From assembly GCF_043950625.1 (NCBI RefSeq), contig NZ_CP171007.1: a stretch of 32,000 bases of DNA; one strand, written 5' to 3'. Below, in pieces: positions 10,100 through 19,634 of this stretch. The DNA comes from Alkanindiges sp. WGS2144. Lineage in GTDB: Bacteria > Pseudomonadota > Gammaproteobacteria > Pseudomonadales > Moraxellaceae. Numbering within the stretch: position 1 is the stretch's first letter; every line of letters starts with the position of its first letter. The position numbers were made by a program, and so were the translations under genes. The notes below the pieces were generated by a model. That model ran no database searches. It worked only from the letters and a program-made list of their open reading frames with translations, and was not told the DNA's origin.

Positions 10100-10696
10100 T
10101 TATGTGGATTGATGAGCAAAGTTATCAATAAAGTTTTGCAGCAACTGATGACCATGCTCGCTTAAAATGGATTCTGGATGAAACTGAACCCCTTCAATGG
10201 CAAGTGTTTTGTGGCGTAATCCCATGATTTCGTCTATCTGACTATCAGAAGTCTGTGTCCAGGCGGTTATTTCAAGACAATCGGGCAGGGTGTTTTTGTC
10301 AACTACCAGCGAATGATAGCGGGTTGCCTCATAGGGGTTAGGCAGGTTTTTAAAAATACCTATATTGGCATGGTACATATGTGACAGGCGGCCATGCATG
10401 ACTTCGCGGGCGCGGATCACATTGCCGCCAAAAGCCTGCCCAATAGCCTGATGACCAAGGCATACGCCCAGCAAGGGAATTTTGCCAGCAAAATGCTCAA
10501 TCACCTGTAGGGAAATACCGGCTTCATTGGGTGAGCATGGGCCAGGGCCAATCACAATATATTCAGGTTGCCACGTTTCGATTTGCTTGATGGTCACCTC
10601 GTCATTACGGATGACTTTAACTTCCTGACCCAGTTCGCCAAAATACTGGACGATGTTGTAGGTAAACGAATCATAATTATCAAGCATCAGAAGCAT
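10100..10696 (-). CDS. trpG: Anthranilate synthase component II / aminodeoxychorismate synthase glutamine amidotransferase
   Basis: Class-I GATase. The start is [14 protein letters not shown], the nucleophile elbow is GVCLGHQ, and the C-terminal block is FHPES. Confidence 0.93.
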   Translation of the reverse strand: MLLMLDNYDSFTYNIVQYFGELGQEVKVIRNDEVTIKQIETWQPEYIVIGPGPCSPNEAGISLQVIEHFAGKIPLLGVCLGHQAIGQAFGGNVIRAREVMHGRLSHMYHANIGIFKNLPNPYEATRYHSLVVDKNTLPDCLEITAWTQTSDSQIDEIMGLRHKTLAIEGVQFHPESILSEHGHQLLQNFIDNFAHQST

Positions 10697-10904
10697 TTTG
10701 TTTGCAACCTTTTGAAAATACGTATTTATTCTGGAAAAAGAGGCGGTTTTCCCTGGCAGATATTCACAAGCTTACTCACAGACAGAAATAAATTTCACAA
10801 TATAAGCCATCTGGAACAAGACGCGGCGCTGATTTGAGCCTGGCTCAGGGTAAAATATTTTAGCAGCTATCGGATGTGGTTGAAACCTGTTACTGGCAGG
10901 GATT

Positions 10905-11171
10905 CTAGCGTAATTGGCTATCCTTGCTGCCACGGCGATTAAATAACTCAAATTTTTTGGCTTGTGCTTCCAGTTTGCTTTGGCAGCTTACACAGTGCTG
11001 CACTCCGGGAATAGCAAGCTGGCGTGCTCTGGCGATAGGTTGGTCGCATTCTTCACAAAATTCGGCGCTATCTCCCATGGGTAGCGCTTGCCTGGCGCGT
11101 TGCAGGGCGTCATTTACAGTTGCTTCAATTTGTTCCTGCTCGGCACCATCACGTGACCAGCCACCCGCCAT
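10905..11171 (-). CDS. TraR/DksA-family C4 zinc-finger protein (YbiI-like)
   Basis: C4 finger CEECDQPIARARQLAIPGVQHCVSCQ. I prefer the internal start MAGGWSRDG at 11171 because it has an SD (GGAGAGGAAT-ATG) and matches the roughly 88 aa family length. The ORF-track start at 11222 has no SD. Confidence 0.8.
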   Translation of the reverse strand: MAGGWSRDGAEQEQIEATVNDALQRARQALPMGDSAEFCEECDQPIARARQLAIPGVQHCVSCQSKLEAQAKKFELFNRRGSKDSQLR

Positions 11172-11385
11172 ATTCCTCTCCCCAATCATGGTGTGTTGTA
11201 AACATTCGCTATTAAAGGACAATATGGGTATTTTTTAATCAATTTCAACCTACTATGTGGCTGTTAATGTTTTTTGAAGTTGGCATTTGAGCAAAGCTTC
11301 TATAAGGCTGTTTTGTTGATGTGCGTTTTATTCATTACGCTCTATGGCTTCGTTGTTTACTTAAGTCAGCATGATGTGGTTTTAA

Positions 11386-11402
11386 TGCCCCCTTTTGGTG
11401 CT
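11386..11402. promoter_or_regulatory. NtrC-like enhancer site upstream of glnA
   Basis: TGCCCCCTTTTGGTGCT compared with the NtrC consensus TGCACC-N4-TGGTGCA matches 11 of 13 defined positions. A second half-site, TGGTGCA, lies at 11446..11452. Both are 100-190 bp upstream of the predicted sigma54 promoter. Confidence 0.35.
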
Positions 11403-11549
11403 CAAAGCGATTTTATGAGGGCATAACATATTTCATTATTGCAGATGGTGCATTTTTATAAAGAGTGCGTATAATTTGCCGCATATTATTTTTAGGCTCA
11501 TTACTAAATTTTACTTTAAATTCAATCATGTAAAAATTTAAAGAAAAGT

Positions 11550-11565
11550 TGGTATGGCTTTTGCT
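11550..11565 (+). promoter_or_regulatory. Sigma54 (-24/-12) promoter for glnA
   Basis: TGGTATGGCTTTTGCT has GG and GC separated by exactly 10 nt, as in the consensus TGGCACG-N4-TTGCW. It lies about 80 bp upstream of the glnA ATG. A sigma70-like TATAAT is present at 11470..11475. Confidence 0.5.
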
Positions 11566-11592
11566 AATATATCAGACATGAAATTTGTAAGT

Positions 11593-11608
11593 TGCACCAT
11601 GGGGTGCA
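11593..11608. promoter_or_regulatory. Perfect palindrome TGCACC-ATGG-GGTGCA in the predicted glnA 5' UTR
   Basis: The half-sites are NtrC-like (TGCACC/GGTGCA), but the element is 16 bp rather than 17 bp. It lies downstream of the predicted sigma54 promoter and 37 bp before the ATG. Confidence 0.35.
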
Positions 11609-11644
11609 ATTACCCAATATGGGCAATACTGGAGCAACGCGAGC

Positions 11645-13054
11645 ATGGCGAACAAAGTCCTCAATCTAATTGAAGAGCACAAGGCCAAATGGGTCGATTT
11701 TCGTTTTACCGATACACGCGGCAAAGAGCACCATGTGACTTTTCCGGCAAGCACCATTGATGAAGATACCTTTGAAGATGGAAAAATGTTTGATGGTTCT
11801 TCACTGGCTGGCTGGAAAGGCATTGAGGCCTCTGACATGATTTTGCTGCCAGACCCTGAAACTGCTTTTATTGATCCGTTCTTTGAAGCAACAACCGTGG
11901 TCGTTACTTGCGACGTGATTGAGCCTTCTACTGGACAGGGTTATGATCGTGACCCGCGTTCTATTGCTCGCCGCGCTGAAGAATACCTAAAGGCTACCGG
12001 TATTGGGGATACTGCATTTTTTGGCCCTGAACCAGAATTTTTTATATTTGACGAGGTAAAATGGGACATTGATATGTCCGGTGCGCGTCATACTATTTAT
12101 GCTGAAGAAGCAGCCTGGTCTACCGGTAAGGATTTTGAAGCTGGTAATACAGGCCACCGTCCACGTGTCAAGGGTGGCTACTTCCCGGTTCCACCGGTTG
12201 ATAGTGCCCATGACCTGCGTGTTTCCATGTGTGATGCTATTGAGGCGATGATGGGGCCTGGTCGTGTTGAGGTGCAGCATCATGAAGTGGCATCTTGCCA
12301 GTCAGAAATTGGTGTGAGTTTTAATACGCTGGTACGCAAGGCTGACGAAGTACAGGTATTAAAATATGCCGTATTAAATGTGGCGCATGCCTTTGGTAAA
12401 ACAGCAACTTTCATGCCCAAGCCATTGGTTGGCGATAACGGTTCTGGCATGCATGTGCATGTATCAATCAGTAAAGACGGCAAAAACCTGTTTTCGGGCG
12501 ATGAATATGCTGGCTTGTCTGAAATGGCACTGTTCTTTATTGGCGGTATTATCAAGCATGCGCGTTCATTAAATGCCATTACCAACCCATCAACCAACTC
12601 GTACAAGCGTCTAGTGCCGCACTTTGAAGCCCCGATCATGCTGGCTTATTCTGCACGCAACCGCTCTGCATCGATTCGTATTCCTTATGTGTCCAGTCCT
12701 AAAGCCAAGCGAATTGAGGCGCGTTTTCCTGATCCAACGGCCAACCCATACCTGTGCTTTGCCGCCCTGTTAATGGCAGGCCTGGATGGTATCCAAAACA
12801 AGATTCATCCTGGTGATGCAGCAGACAAGAACCTGTATGATTTGCCGCCAGAAGAAGAGGCCAAAATTCCAACCGTGGCACATAGCCTGGAAATGGCACT
12901 GGATGCCCTAAAGGCAGACCATGACTACCTGACTAAAGGCGGTGTATTCACCAAGGAAATGCTGGACGCTTATATTGAAGTGAAGATGGAAGAAGTACGT
13001 CGCTTAAATACCACCACTCACCCGGTTGAGTTTGAGATGTATTATAGCTGCTAG
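11645..13054 (+). CDS. glnA: Glutamine synthetase type I
   Basis: Full-length GSI similarity. Motifs include [20 protein letters not shown] and the adenylylation-site motif [10 protein letters not shown]. Confidence 0.97.
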   Translation: MANKVLNLIEEHKAKWVDFRFTDTRGKEHHVTFPASTIDEDTFEDGKMFDGSSLAGWKGIEASDMILLPDPETAFIDPFFEATTVVVTCDVIEPSTGQGYDRDPRSIARRAEEYLKATGIGDTAFFGPEPEFFIFDEVKWDIDMSGARHTIYAEEAAWSTGKDFEAGNTGHRPRVKGGYFPVPPVDSAHDLRVSMCDAIEAMMGPGRVEVQHHEVASCQSEIGVSFNTLVRKADEVQVLKYAVLNVAHAFGKTATFMPKPLVGDNGSGMHVHVSISKDGKNLFSGDEYAGLSEMALFFIGGIIKHARSLNAITNPSTNSYKRLVPHFEAPIMLAYSARNRSASIRIPYVSSPKAKRIEARFPDPTANPYLCFAALLMAGLDGIQNKIHPGDAADKNLYDLPPEEEAKIPTVAHSLEMALDALKADHDYLTKGGVFTKEMLDAYIEVKMEEVRRLNTTTHPVEFEMYYSC

Positions 13055-13074
13055 GCTTTTTTTGTCGTGATTCC

Positions 13075-13105
13075 AATACCTGTCCACTACGGATGGGTAT
13101 TTTTC
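13075..13105 (+). terminator. Rho-independent terminator of glnA
   Basis: 11 bp stem AATACCTGTCC / GGATGGGTATT (two G-U pairs) with loop ACTAC, followed by TTTTT. Confidence 0.7.
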
Positions 13106-13283
13106 TGCCCTACATCCTGAAAAATAGACTACTTATCTTTTTCCCAACACTATAGGTAGTTAATAGGCTTTATACTATTGCGATAAGCATGCTTATTATT
13201 CGGCGTTCAGTAAAACCGCTCAGGGCTTGCTCATATGAAATAAAAATTCATCAGCTCAGGCACAATTCAGGAGTGGACTTAAT

Positions 13284-13835
13284 ATGTTAAATAAAAAATT
13301 ACTGGCATTTGCTGTCCTGGCAACTTTAATAAGTACAGGGGCACAGGCCGCTATTTATAAAAGTGTTGATGCGCAAGGCAACGTGGTTTACAGCGATTCA
13401 CCCTCCAAGGATGCCAAGACTGTTGACTTGCCACCACTGGCGATTGTGCCCAGTTTATCTGCTGAACAAATTGCCCAGGCTAACGCCACGCAGCGTACTA
13501 AGCCTGCGGCAATTAACTACCAGTTGAGCTTTGCGCAGCCGACGGCCGATCAGGTAGTGCGTAAACCAGAACCGGTATCGGTTAGTGTGGACATTCGCCC
13601 CGCATTGGCCAATGGCGATGTAGTGACCATTTTGCTGGATGGAACAGTGATTGCCAATAGCAATGCTGCCTCTGTGTCTACCGAAGCGCTGGATCGCGGA
13701 GCGCATAGTATTAGTGCACGGATTACCAATGCAACTGGTAAAGTGGTGAGTGAAACCAGCACTACCTTTCATGTATTGCAAAACAGCGTCAATTCACCGA
13801 CCAGTCAAGCCAATAAACCCAAGCCTGCAAGGTAA
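13284..13835 (+). CDS. Secreted DUF4124-domain protein
   Basis: Signal peptide MLNKKLLAFAVLATLISTGAQA, followed by the DUF4124 signature IYKSVDAQGNVVYSDSP. Confidence 0.7.
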   Translation: MLNKKLLAFAVLATLISTGAQAAIYKSVDAQGNVVYSDSPSKDAKTVDLPPLAIVPSLSAEQIAQANATQRTKPAAINYQLSFAQPTADQVVRKPEPVSVSVDIRPALANGDVVTILLDGTVIANSNAASVSTEALDRGAHSISARITNATGKVVSETSTTFHVLQNSVNSPTSQANKPKPAR

Positions 13836-13920
13836 TTGATTTATTTGTAGGCAGCTTTTGTTGTCAAGCAGGAATGAAGGGTGTAAAACATTGCCTGATT
13901 AATCGAATACTTCTGGTGTT

Positions 13921-14445
13921 ATGCCTGTTTTTTTGCCCCATCATCTCACCCACTGGTATAGCCCCGCTCAGCCCCTGCTAGACCTGCCTGAGAACCTAAA
14001 GCCCTGGTTACTGGCTTCGGGTTCTCTAACCCGCCAGCTAACATTACTTGCTCATGGGCAGTTTCATGTCGACCCGCTCAGGCAGGGTTTTGAACGTCTG
14101 TATTTGCATGAAAACCAGCTTCTGAATATACCTTTTGAGCAGCAGGCCTGGGTACGTGAGGTGTACTTATATGGTTGTGAGCAGGAGCCGTGGGTCAGGG
14201 CACGCAGTATATTTCCACTAAAAAGCCTTAAAGGACAGGGTTTACGGTTACGCTATTTAAAAAACAAGTCACTCGGTTCATTGTTATTTTATCGTAGTCA
14301 GCCGCAGTGTGTACGTCAAATTGCCAAACTGCCTGAGGGTTGGAGCCGGCGCAGTTTATATCTATGGCATAATCAGCCCCTGATTGTGCAGGAAACTTTT
14401 TTGTCAGCATTTGAAAATTTTCTTGCCGCACAAAAAAATCATTAA
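13921..14445 (+). CDS. ubiC: Chorismate--pyruvate lyase
   Basis: Contains the UbiC-like block LLASGSLTRQLT. Length 174 aa. Lies immediately upstream (9 nt gap) of ubiA. Confidence 0.85.
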   Translation: MPVFLPHHLTHWYSPAQPLLDLPENLKPWLLASGSLTRQLTLLAHGQFHVDPLRQGFERLYLHENQLLNIPFEQQAWVREVYLYGCEQEPWVRARSIFPLKSLKGQGLRLRYLKNKSLGSLLFYRSQPQCVRQIAKLPEGWSRRSLYLWHNQPLIVQETFLSAFENFLAAQKNH

Positions 14446-14454
14446 GAGGCTGTC

Positions 14455-15357
14455 ATGCAACCATCTGCAACATCTCAAAACTGGCAACAGCGGTTTAAAG
14501 CCTATATTCAGCTCACTCGTTTTGATAAACCCATTGGTACGGAACTTTTATTATGGCCTACGTTTTGGGCTGTGTGGATTGCTGCCAATGGTCAACCCAG
14601 CTTTAAAGTCGTGCTCATCATGTTTCTAGGAGTGCTGTTGATGCGGGCAGCCGGCTGCGCCATTAATGATTTTGCGGATCGTAAAGTAGACGGATTGGTA
14701 GAGCGCACTAAAAACCGTCCTTTGGTGAGTGGTGCTATCTCCAGCAAGGAAGCGCTGGCTGTATTTGCAGTGCTGGTCTTGCTCAGTGCATCTTTGCTGT
14801 TGTTCTTACCTGTAGAGGCTTTTTACTGGTCGTTTGGCGCATTAGGCCTGGCGGCTTTATATCCTTTTACCAAACGCTGGACTTATTTGCCGCAATTTGT
14901 ACTCGGTGCGGCATTTTCCTGGGCAATTCCTATGGCCTATGTGGCGCAGGGCAAAAGTCCGGATTTATCCTGCTGGCTACTGTACGCTGCCAACCTAAGC
15001 TGGACAGTAGCTTACGATACCCAATATGCTATGACGGACCGTCCAGATGATTTAAAAATTGGGGTTAAATCCACAGCCATTTTATTTGGTAAATATGATC
15101 TGGCTATTATTTTTGCCTTGCAAGTACTGAGTCTTGTATTGTTGGGCTGGGTATTCTCCTTGCACCATTTTTTTACTTCTTTTATGGGTGGGACGACACT
15201 TGTTTTAGTGCTGTGCCTGTTTATATATCAGCTGATTAAAACCCTTGACCGGCAGCCTGTGCATACGTTCTGGGCATTTCGGCATAATCGCTGGGTAGGG
15301 TTGATTATCTGGTTGGGAATTATTCTGTGCTACTTTTATAATTATCAGCTCAACTGA
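14455..15357 (+). CDS. ubiA: 4-hydroxybenzoate polyprenyltransferase
   Basis: UbiA prenyltransferase motif [14 protein letters not shown], a second Asp-rich block [13 protein letters not shown], and multiple TM helices. Confidence 0.95.
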   Translation: MQPSATSQNWQQRFKAYIQLTRFDKPIGTELLLWPTFWAVWIAANGQPSFKVVLIMFLGVLLMRAAGCAINDFADRKVDGLVERTKNRPLVSGAISSKEALAVFAVLVLLSASLLLFLPVEAFYWSFGALGLAALYPFTKRWTYLPQFVLGAAFSWAIPMAYVAQGKSPDLSCWLLYAANLSWTVAYDTQYAMTDRPDDLKIGVKSTAILFGKYDLAIIFALQVLSLVLLGWVFSLHHFFTSFMGGTTLVLVLCLFIYQLIKTLDRQPVHTFWAFRHNRWVGLIIWLGIILCYFYNYQLN

Positions 15358-15498
15358 CTTACGCATTACTACGCTTGATTACCTGTTATCTACCTTGGCA
15401 ACACTTGCTTATATGTTTTATACAGGAGCACAGCACGCCCATGCAGCATATTGGTTATATTAAAAACACGAGGTAAATTATAAATACAGGAGCGCTGC

Positions 15499-15909
15499 AT
15501 GACTTCCACCAACAATAGTAACATAGCCAATAGCACTAACCAGCCGCAGAGCCGTACTGACCATGGCGCTGACGCCAACAAGGCTCCGGCACGACAGGAC
15601 TATACGGCTAGTGCTGTGTTTGATAATGACAAAGTCAGCTCACAACAGGTTGAAGGTCTGACCGATACGGATGAATTGAGTGAGCAACTGGCTAACAGTG
15701 AGCAAGATATTGATAAAAACCCCGAGAACGCACTAAATGAGCAAAGTGCGCAGCGACAATCCCAGATAGAAAATGGCGATGGTAGCGCTGGTAATCAAGG
15801 GATTCGTGAAGCCGTAGATCATCTAAATCAAGATAAGCTCAAAGAGAACCTGCTGAATCAGGATCAAAAGGGTAGTGCAGATAATCCAGTTCCATTCTCA
15901 CCCGATTAA
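15499..15909 (+). CDS. Hypothetical acidic, low-complexity (predicted disordered) protein
   Basis: SD CAGGAG lies 6 nt upstream of the ATG, and its own terminator is at 15984..16018. The protein is 136 aa, rich in N/Q/D/E/S, with no hydrophobic core or signal peptide. I recognise no family. Confidence 0.55.
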   Translation: MTSTNNSNIANSTNQPQSRTDHGADANKAPARQDYTASAVFDNDKVSSQQVEGLTDTDELSEQLANSEQDIDKNPENALNEQSAQRQSQIENGDGSAGNQGIREAVDHLNQDKLKENLLNQDQKGSADNPVPFSPD

Positions 15910-15983
15910 TCATATATAAACTGATAATTTGATATAACCAATAGATAGTTGACCTATTGAATAGATTTTAAAGTTTAACCCCA

Positions 15984-16018
15984 CACCATAGATTCCCCAA
16001 ATTTATGGTGTTTTTTTT
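15984..16018 (+). terminator. Rho-independent terminator
   Basis: Stem CACCATA / TATGGTG followed by an 8-T run. Confidence 0.7.
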
Positions 16019-16171
16019 ATTTTTAAGAAGGTTTTGGTGATACATAGGTTTTGTGTGAAGAGAATGTGAACTTTTGTTTTATGGCCTTATCGGGTCTTTA
16101 TTTTTCAGCTAGTCTCAATATGTGCAACGGAAAACGAGCTTATTTACTCGATAGTTTTAAGGAAGATCATC

Positions 16172-17437
16172 ATGCAAACACCTTCATTCTCCCGTCATAT
16201 CCTTGCTATAGCAATTTTTGCTGGCGTAATAGGCTTGAGTGCCTGTGGTAGTGATTCCTCTGATGATTAGAGTTATCAGACCGAACGTACATATATTAGT
16301 GAAACCCCTTATGCGCACAACAAGGGCGAGAATAAAATTAATCATGCCAAAAGCATTGAGGTGATGAGCTACAACATGCCGGGTGTACAGGGCAAAACTG
16401 TTAAAGCCACTGCACTGGTAATGACACCAAAAGGTGAGATGCCTAAGGATGGCTGGCGCATGGTGGTTTGGGCGCATGGCACAGTAGGGGTAGGTGATGC
16501 TTGTGCCCCTAGCAACAATGGCTTTAGCAATAATCGTTTCTCTGCCATGGCAGATCAGTTGCTAGCTGAAGGTTATATGATTGTAGCTCCTGATTATGAG
16601 GGTTTAGGTACACCTGGTATCCACCCTTACTTGAATCTTGGCAGCGAAGCTCAGTCGGCTATTTATGCAGTTAAGGCAGTTAAAGATCACTATAAAAATA
16701 ATATTCAGGGCGACTGGATGTCTGTGGGACAGTCGCAGGGCGGACATGCGGTACTGGGTATTGCCGAGTATGCTACCAATGATAGCCACTATAAGGGCAC
16801 AGTTGCTGGCGCACCTGCTTCCAGCTTAGGGTACATTATTATGGACGTTGCGCCACAAGCGCTGGCTCAGGTGCTTCAGGGCGAAGCAGCCGGTAAACTG
16901 CCTGTGGGAACTGCGAGGGAAGCCTATGCCGAGCTACTGGCCTACGCCGCTTATACAGCGGTAGGTATCAAAGCCTATGAGCCCAGATTTGAATATAAAA
17001 AATTATTTTCTGAGCGGGCAGGGGCAGTTGCTACAAATGCTGAGGGCACCAATGGTGAGAATGGGGTTTGTCTGCCAGAGTTGCATGACCAGTTTGCTAC
17101 GGATATTCAGGATTATCTGGATAACAATCCGGGCAAGACAGTCATAGATTATCCAGGACTGGATCAGGCCGAATTTGCCAGAAATACAACACTGTCAGAG
17201 TTCCTGAAAAATACCCAGCCAGCGACTAAAAAATTGAATACACCCACCCTGATTATTCAGGGACAGGCGGATATGGCAGTACCTTATCAAGTCACCCAGC
17301 AGCTACAGCTGAACCTGAAAAATATGGGGACAGATGTGAAGTTTGAACTGGTCGAAGGTGCATCTCATACCGCCGCCATTGTTCAAAAACGTCCAGAACT
17401 GGTGGCCTTTATCAAACAACACATGCCAGCCAAGTAA
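16172..17437 (+). pseudogene. Lipoprotein alpha/beta-hydrolase (secretory-lipase/esterase-like) interrupted by an in-frame TAG at 16268..16270
   Basis: ATG at 16172 with SD AAGGAAG encodes MQTPSFSRHILAIAIFAGVIGLSACGSDSSDD, a lipobox L-S-A-C signal. A TAG follows. The same frame then continues SYQTERTY... into the 358 aa ORF listed at 16361..17437. That ORF has the nucleophile elbow GQSQGG, the acid QGQADMAVP and the His in GASHTAA. The internal ATG at 16361 has no usable SD spacing and no signal peptide. Confidence 0.7.
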
Positions 17438-17449
17438 ATAAAATGGTGT

Positions 17450-17479
17450 TCACATGCCTGCCTAATGGTGGGCGTGTGA
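17450..17479 (+). terminator. Hairpin after the hydrolase gene (candidate terminator)
   Basis: 13 bp stem TCACATGCCTGCC / GGTGGGCGTGTGA (three G-U pairs) with loop TAAT. The U-tract is only weak (TGCTTTC). Confidence 0.4.
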
Positions 17480-17615
17480 TGCTTTCAATCTATAATGAAG
17501 AAATATCAGTCTATTAAAATTATAGCTTCATGTTAAACTATGGTATGTTTTTGTTTGCCCGTGTTTTAACAGCCATTTGTTTTAGAAGCCCACTATTTGA
17601 CAGGTAGAGTTTTTC

Positions 17616-18869
17616 ATGTTTGCCAATATTTCCATTCGCGATTTTGATCCAGAACTGGCACAGGCCATTGCTGCCGAAGATCAACGTCAGGAAAATCACA
17701 TTGAGTTGATTGCCTCTGAAAATTATTGCTCACCCGCAGTAATGGAAGCGCAAGGTACCAAACTCACCAATAAATATGCAGAAGGCTACCCTGGCAAGCG
17801 CTATTATGGTGGCTGTGAGCATGTGGACATCATTGAGCAACTGGCCATTGACCGTGCCAAACAACTTTTTGGTGCAGACTATGCCAATGTGCAGCCACAC
17901 GCGGGCAGCCAGGCCAATAGTGCAGTATTTCTGGCGCTGCTAAACCCTGGCGATACTATTTTGGGCATGAGCCTTGCACATGGTGGTCACTTAACCCACG
18001 GTGCAAAAGTTAACTTCTCTGGTAAAAGCTATAATGCCATTCAGTATGGCTTAAATGTTGAAACCGGTGAAATTGATTATGACGAGGTTGAGCGTCTGGC
18101 CCTTGAACACCAACCAAAAATGATAGTGGCTGGTTTTTCTGCTTACAGTCAGGTGGTAAACTGGCAGCGTTTCCGTGAAATTGCTGACAAGGTTGGCGCT
18201 TATTTCATGGTAGATATGGCGCATGTGGCTGGTCTGGTTGCAGCGGGTATATATCCAAATCCGGTGCAAATTGCGGATGTAACCACCACCACCACGCACA
18301 AAACCCTGCGTGGCCCGCGTTCTGGTTTGATTTTGGCCAAAGCCAACGAAGAAATTGAAAAGAAACTGCAATCTGCTGTATTCCCTGGTAATCAGGGTGG
18401 GCCTCTGATGCATGCCATTGCAGCCAAGGCCATCTGTTTTAAGGAAGCCATGAGCTCTGAGTTTAAAACCTACCAGCAGCAGGTGGTTAAAAATGCACAG
18501 GCAATGGCCAAAGTGTTTATTGAGCGTGGTTATGATGTGGTATCTAATGGCACAGAAAACCATTTGTTCTTGTTATCTTTGATCAAACAGGATATTACTG
18601 GTAAAGAAGCAGATGCATGGTTAGGCCAGGCACATATCACGGTAAACAAAAACGCAGTACCTAATGATCCGCGCTCACCTTTTGTGACCTCGGGTATTCG
18701 TATTGGGACGCCTGCGGTGACAACCCGTGGTTTTGGTGAGAATGAAGTGCGTGATCTTGCCGGCTGGATTGCAGATATCCTTGACAGCAAAGGCGATGAA
18801 AAAGTTATTCAGGAAGTTAGCCAAAAGGTGGCGGCAGTTTGCGCCAAATTCCCGGTCTATGCCAGCTAA
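17616..18869 (+). CDS. glyA: Serine hydroxymethyltransferase
   Basis: PLP-lysine block [14 protein letters not shown] and full-length SHMT similarity. Confidence 0.97.
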   Translation: MFANISIRDFDPELAQAIAAEDQRQENHIELIASENYCSPAVMEAQGTKLTNKYAEGYPGKRYYGGCEHVDIIEQLAIDRAKQLFGADYANVQPHAGSQANSAVFLALLNPGDTILGMSLAHGGHLTHGAKVNFSGKSYNAIQYGLNVETGEIDYDEVERLALEHQPKMIVAGFSAYSQVVNWQRFREIADKVGAYFMVDMAHVAGLVAAGIYPNPVQIADVTTTTTHKTLRGPRSGLILAKANEEIEKKLQSAVFPGNQGGPLMHAIAAKAICFKEAMSSEFKTYQQQVVKNAQAMAKVFIERGYDVVSNGTENHLFLLSLIKQDITGKEADAWLGQAHITVNKNAVPNDPRSPFVTSGIRIGTPAVTTRGFGENEVRDLAGWIADILDSKGDEKVIQEVSQKVAAVCAKFPVYAS

Positions 18870-18886
18870 CTAGCCCTTGAGAAGTT

Positions 18887-18917
18887 AAACGCTCCCTCAA
18901 GGGAGCGTTTTTTTTAG
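18887..18917 (+). terminator. Rho-independent terminator of glyA
   Basis: Perfect 10 bp stem AAACGCTCCC / GGGAGCGTTT with loop TCAA, running directly into a T-tract that ends at 18917. Confidence 0.85.
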
Positions 18918-18951
18918 TATGAAAAATGTATAACGACGCAGGAATTTAATC

Positions 18952-19356
18952 ATGAGTAAACCTGGTATTACCTTGTCTAGTCAGGATCTGGCGCGACTGG
19001 AAAGTCTGCTGGAAAACCAGCCCGGCAGTAGTGTATTAATTGTACAACTGGAAGACGAACTAGCGCGTGCCAATGTGGTGGCGCCTAATGAAGTACCTGC
19101 CAATGTGGTAAGCATGAATTCACTGGTCAAATTTAAAGTGTTGCCTGGGAACGAAACCTTTGAGCGTAAGCTGGTTTATCCCCATGATCTTGCCCAGCAT
19201 GCAGATGCAGTATCTATTCTTACGCCAATTGGTAGTGCGCTACTAGGTATGGAGGAAGGCCAGACAATTGACTGGCCGCAGCCTAACGGGCAAACTATGC
19301 AGGTTATTATTGAAAAAGTACTGTATCAGCCGGAGCGAGAGGGAGAATATAACTAG
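18952..19356 (+). CDS. rnk: Regulator of nucleoside diphosphate kinase (GreA/GreB C-terminal-domain family)
   Basis: 134 aa, colinear with E. coli Rnk as I recall it (L..D..RL..LL; VVSMNS.VKF; L.YP; SILTP.G.ALLG; YQPE..G.Y). Confidence 0.8.
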   Translation: MSKPGITLSSQDLARLESLLENQPGSSVLIVQLEDELARANVVAPNEVPANVVSMNSLVKFKVLPGNETFERKLVYPHDLAQHADAVSILTPIGSALLGMEEGQTIDWPQPNGQTMQVIIEKVLYQPEREGEYN

Positions 19357-19548
19357 CTTCGTGCTTATGAGCGCTCGCAGGCAGTATTTCATTCATTCTG
19401 CCTGTCAGTAGTTCTGATATTGACCTGATGGTTTAGGCTGTCAGGTACAATTAATTGTTATGAATCATTGTTTTGTAAAGTCGGACTGTTAAAGACTCTG
19501 ACCAAATTTAGAAAAAACTTGACAAGTTATAAAAATAATTTATTTGCT

Positions 19549-19578
19549 CTTGAAAATGTTAAAAAACGTCTCATCTTA
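19549..19578 (+). promoter_or_regulatory. Sigma32-type heat-shock promoter upstream of clpB
   Basis: CTTGAAA (19549..19555), a 13 nt spacer, then TCTCATCTTA. Compare the consensus CTTGAAA-N13/14-CCCCATNT. It lies about 60 bp upstream of the clpB ATG. Confidence 0.5.
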
Positions 19579-19634
19579 ATAAGCAACCCGCAATAAACCG
19601 ACTGGTAAAAAACCAGTACAGGAGGAATAAATCA

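Noticed and set aside
10924-11238. 104 aa plus-strand ORF mirroring the TraR/DksA gene
   Set aside because: The minus-strand frame carries a clean C4 zinc finger (CEEC...CVSC) and an SD. The plus-strand product is Cys/Ser-rich with no motif.
11572-12899. ORFs inside or overlapping glnA on either strand (11572..11838-, 11987..12283-, 12069..12251+, 12280..12639-, 12378..12572+, 12699..12899-)
   Set aside because: glnA is unambiguous. These are frame shadows.
15390-15581. 63 aa hydrophobic minus-strand ORF overlapping the start of the acidic protein gene
   Set aside because: It has no SD. It overlaps the plus-strand gene, which has both an SD and a terminator. It would run into the ubiA 3' end. 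I cannot fully exclude a small membrane peptide.
16268-16270. Reading the in-frame TAG as pyrrolysine or programmed recoding
   Set aside because: Pyrrolysine machinery is not known in this lineage and nothing in the window suggests it. No downstream recoding structure is evident. A nonsense mutation or sequence error is the simpler explanation.
16051-16477. ORFs 16051..16251(+) and 16184..16477(-) around the hydrolase 5' region
   Set aside because: Both are out of frame with, or antisense to, the lipoprotein signal plus hydrolase frame. That frame explains the region far better, with its SD, lipobox and continuous frame broken only by one TAG.
19378-19404. Hairpin CAGGCAG-N13-CTGCCTG after rnk, and a small ACTGGT-N5-ACCAGT hairpin just before the clpB SD
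   Set aside because: The stems are short, with no U-tract in the first case and no known thermosensor signature in the second. Not enough to call a terminator or an RNA thermometer.
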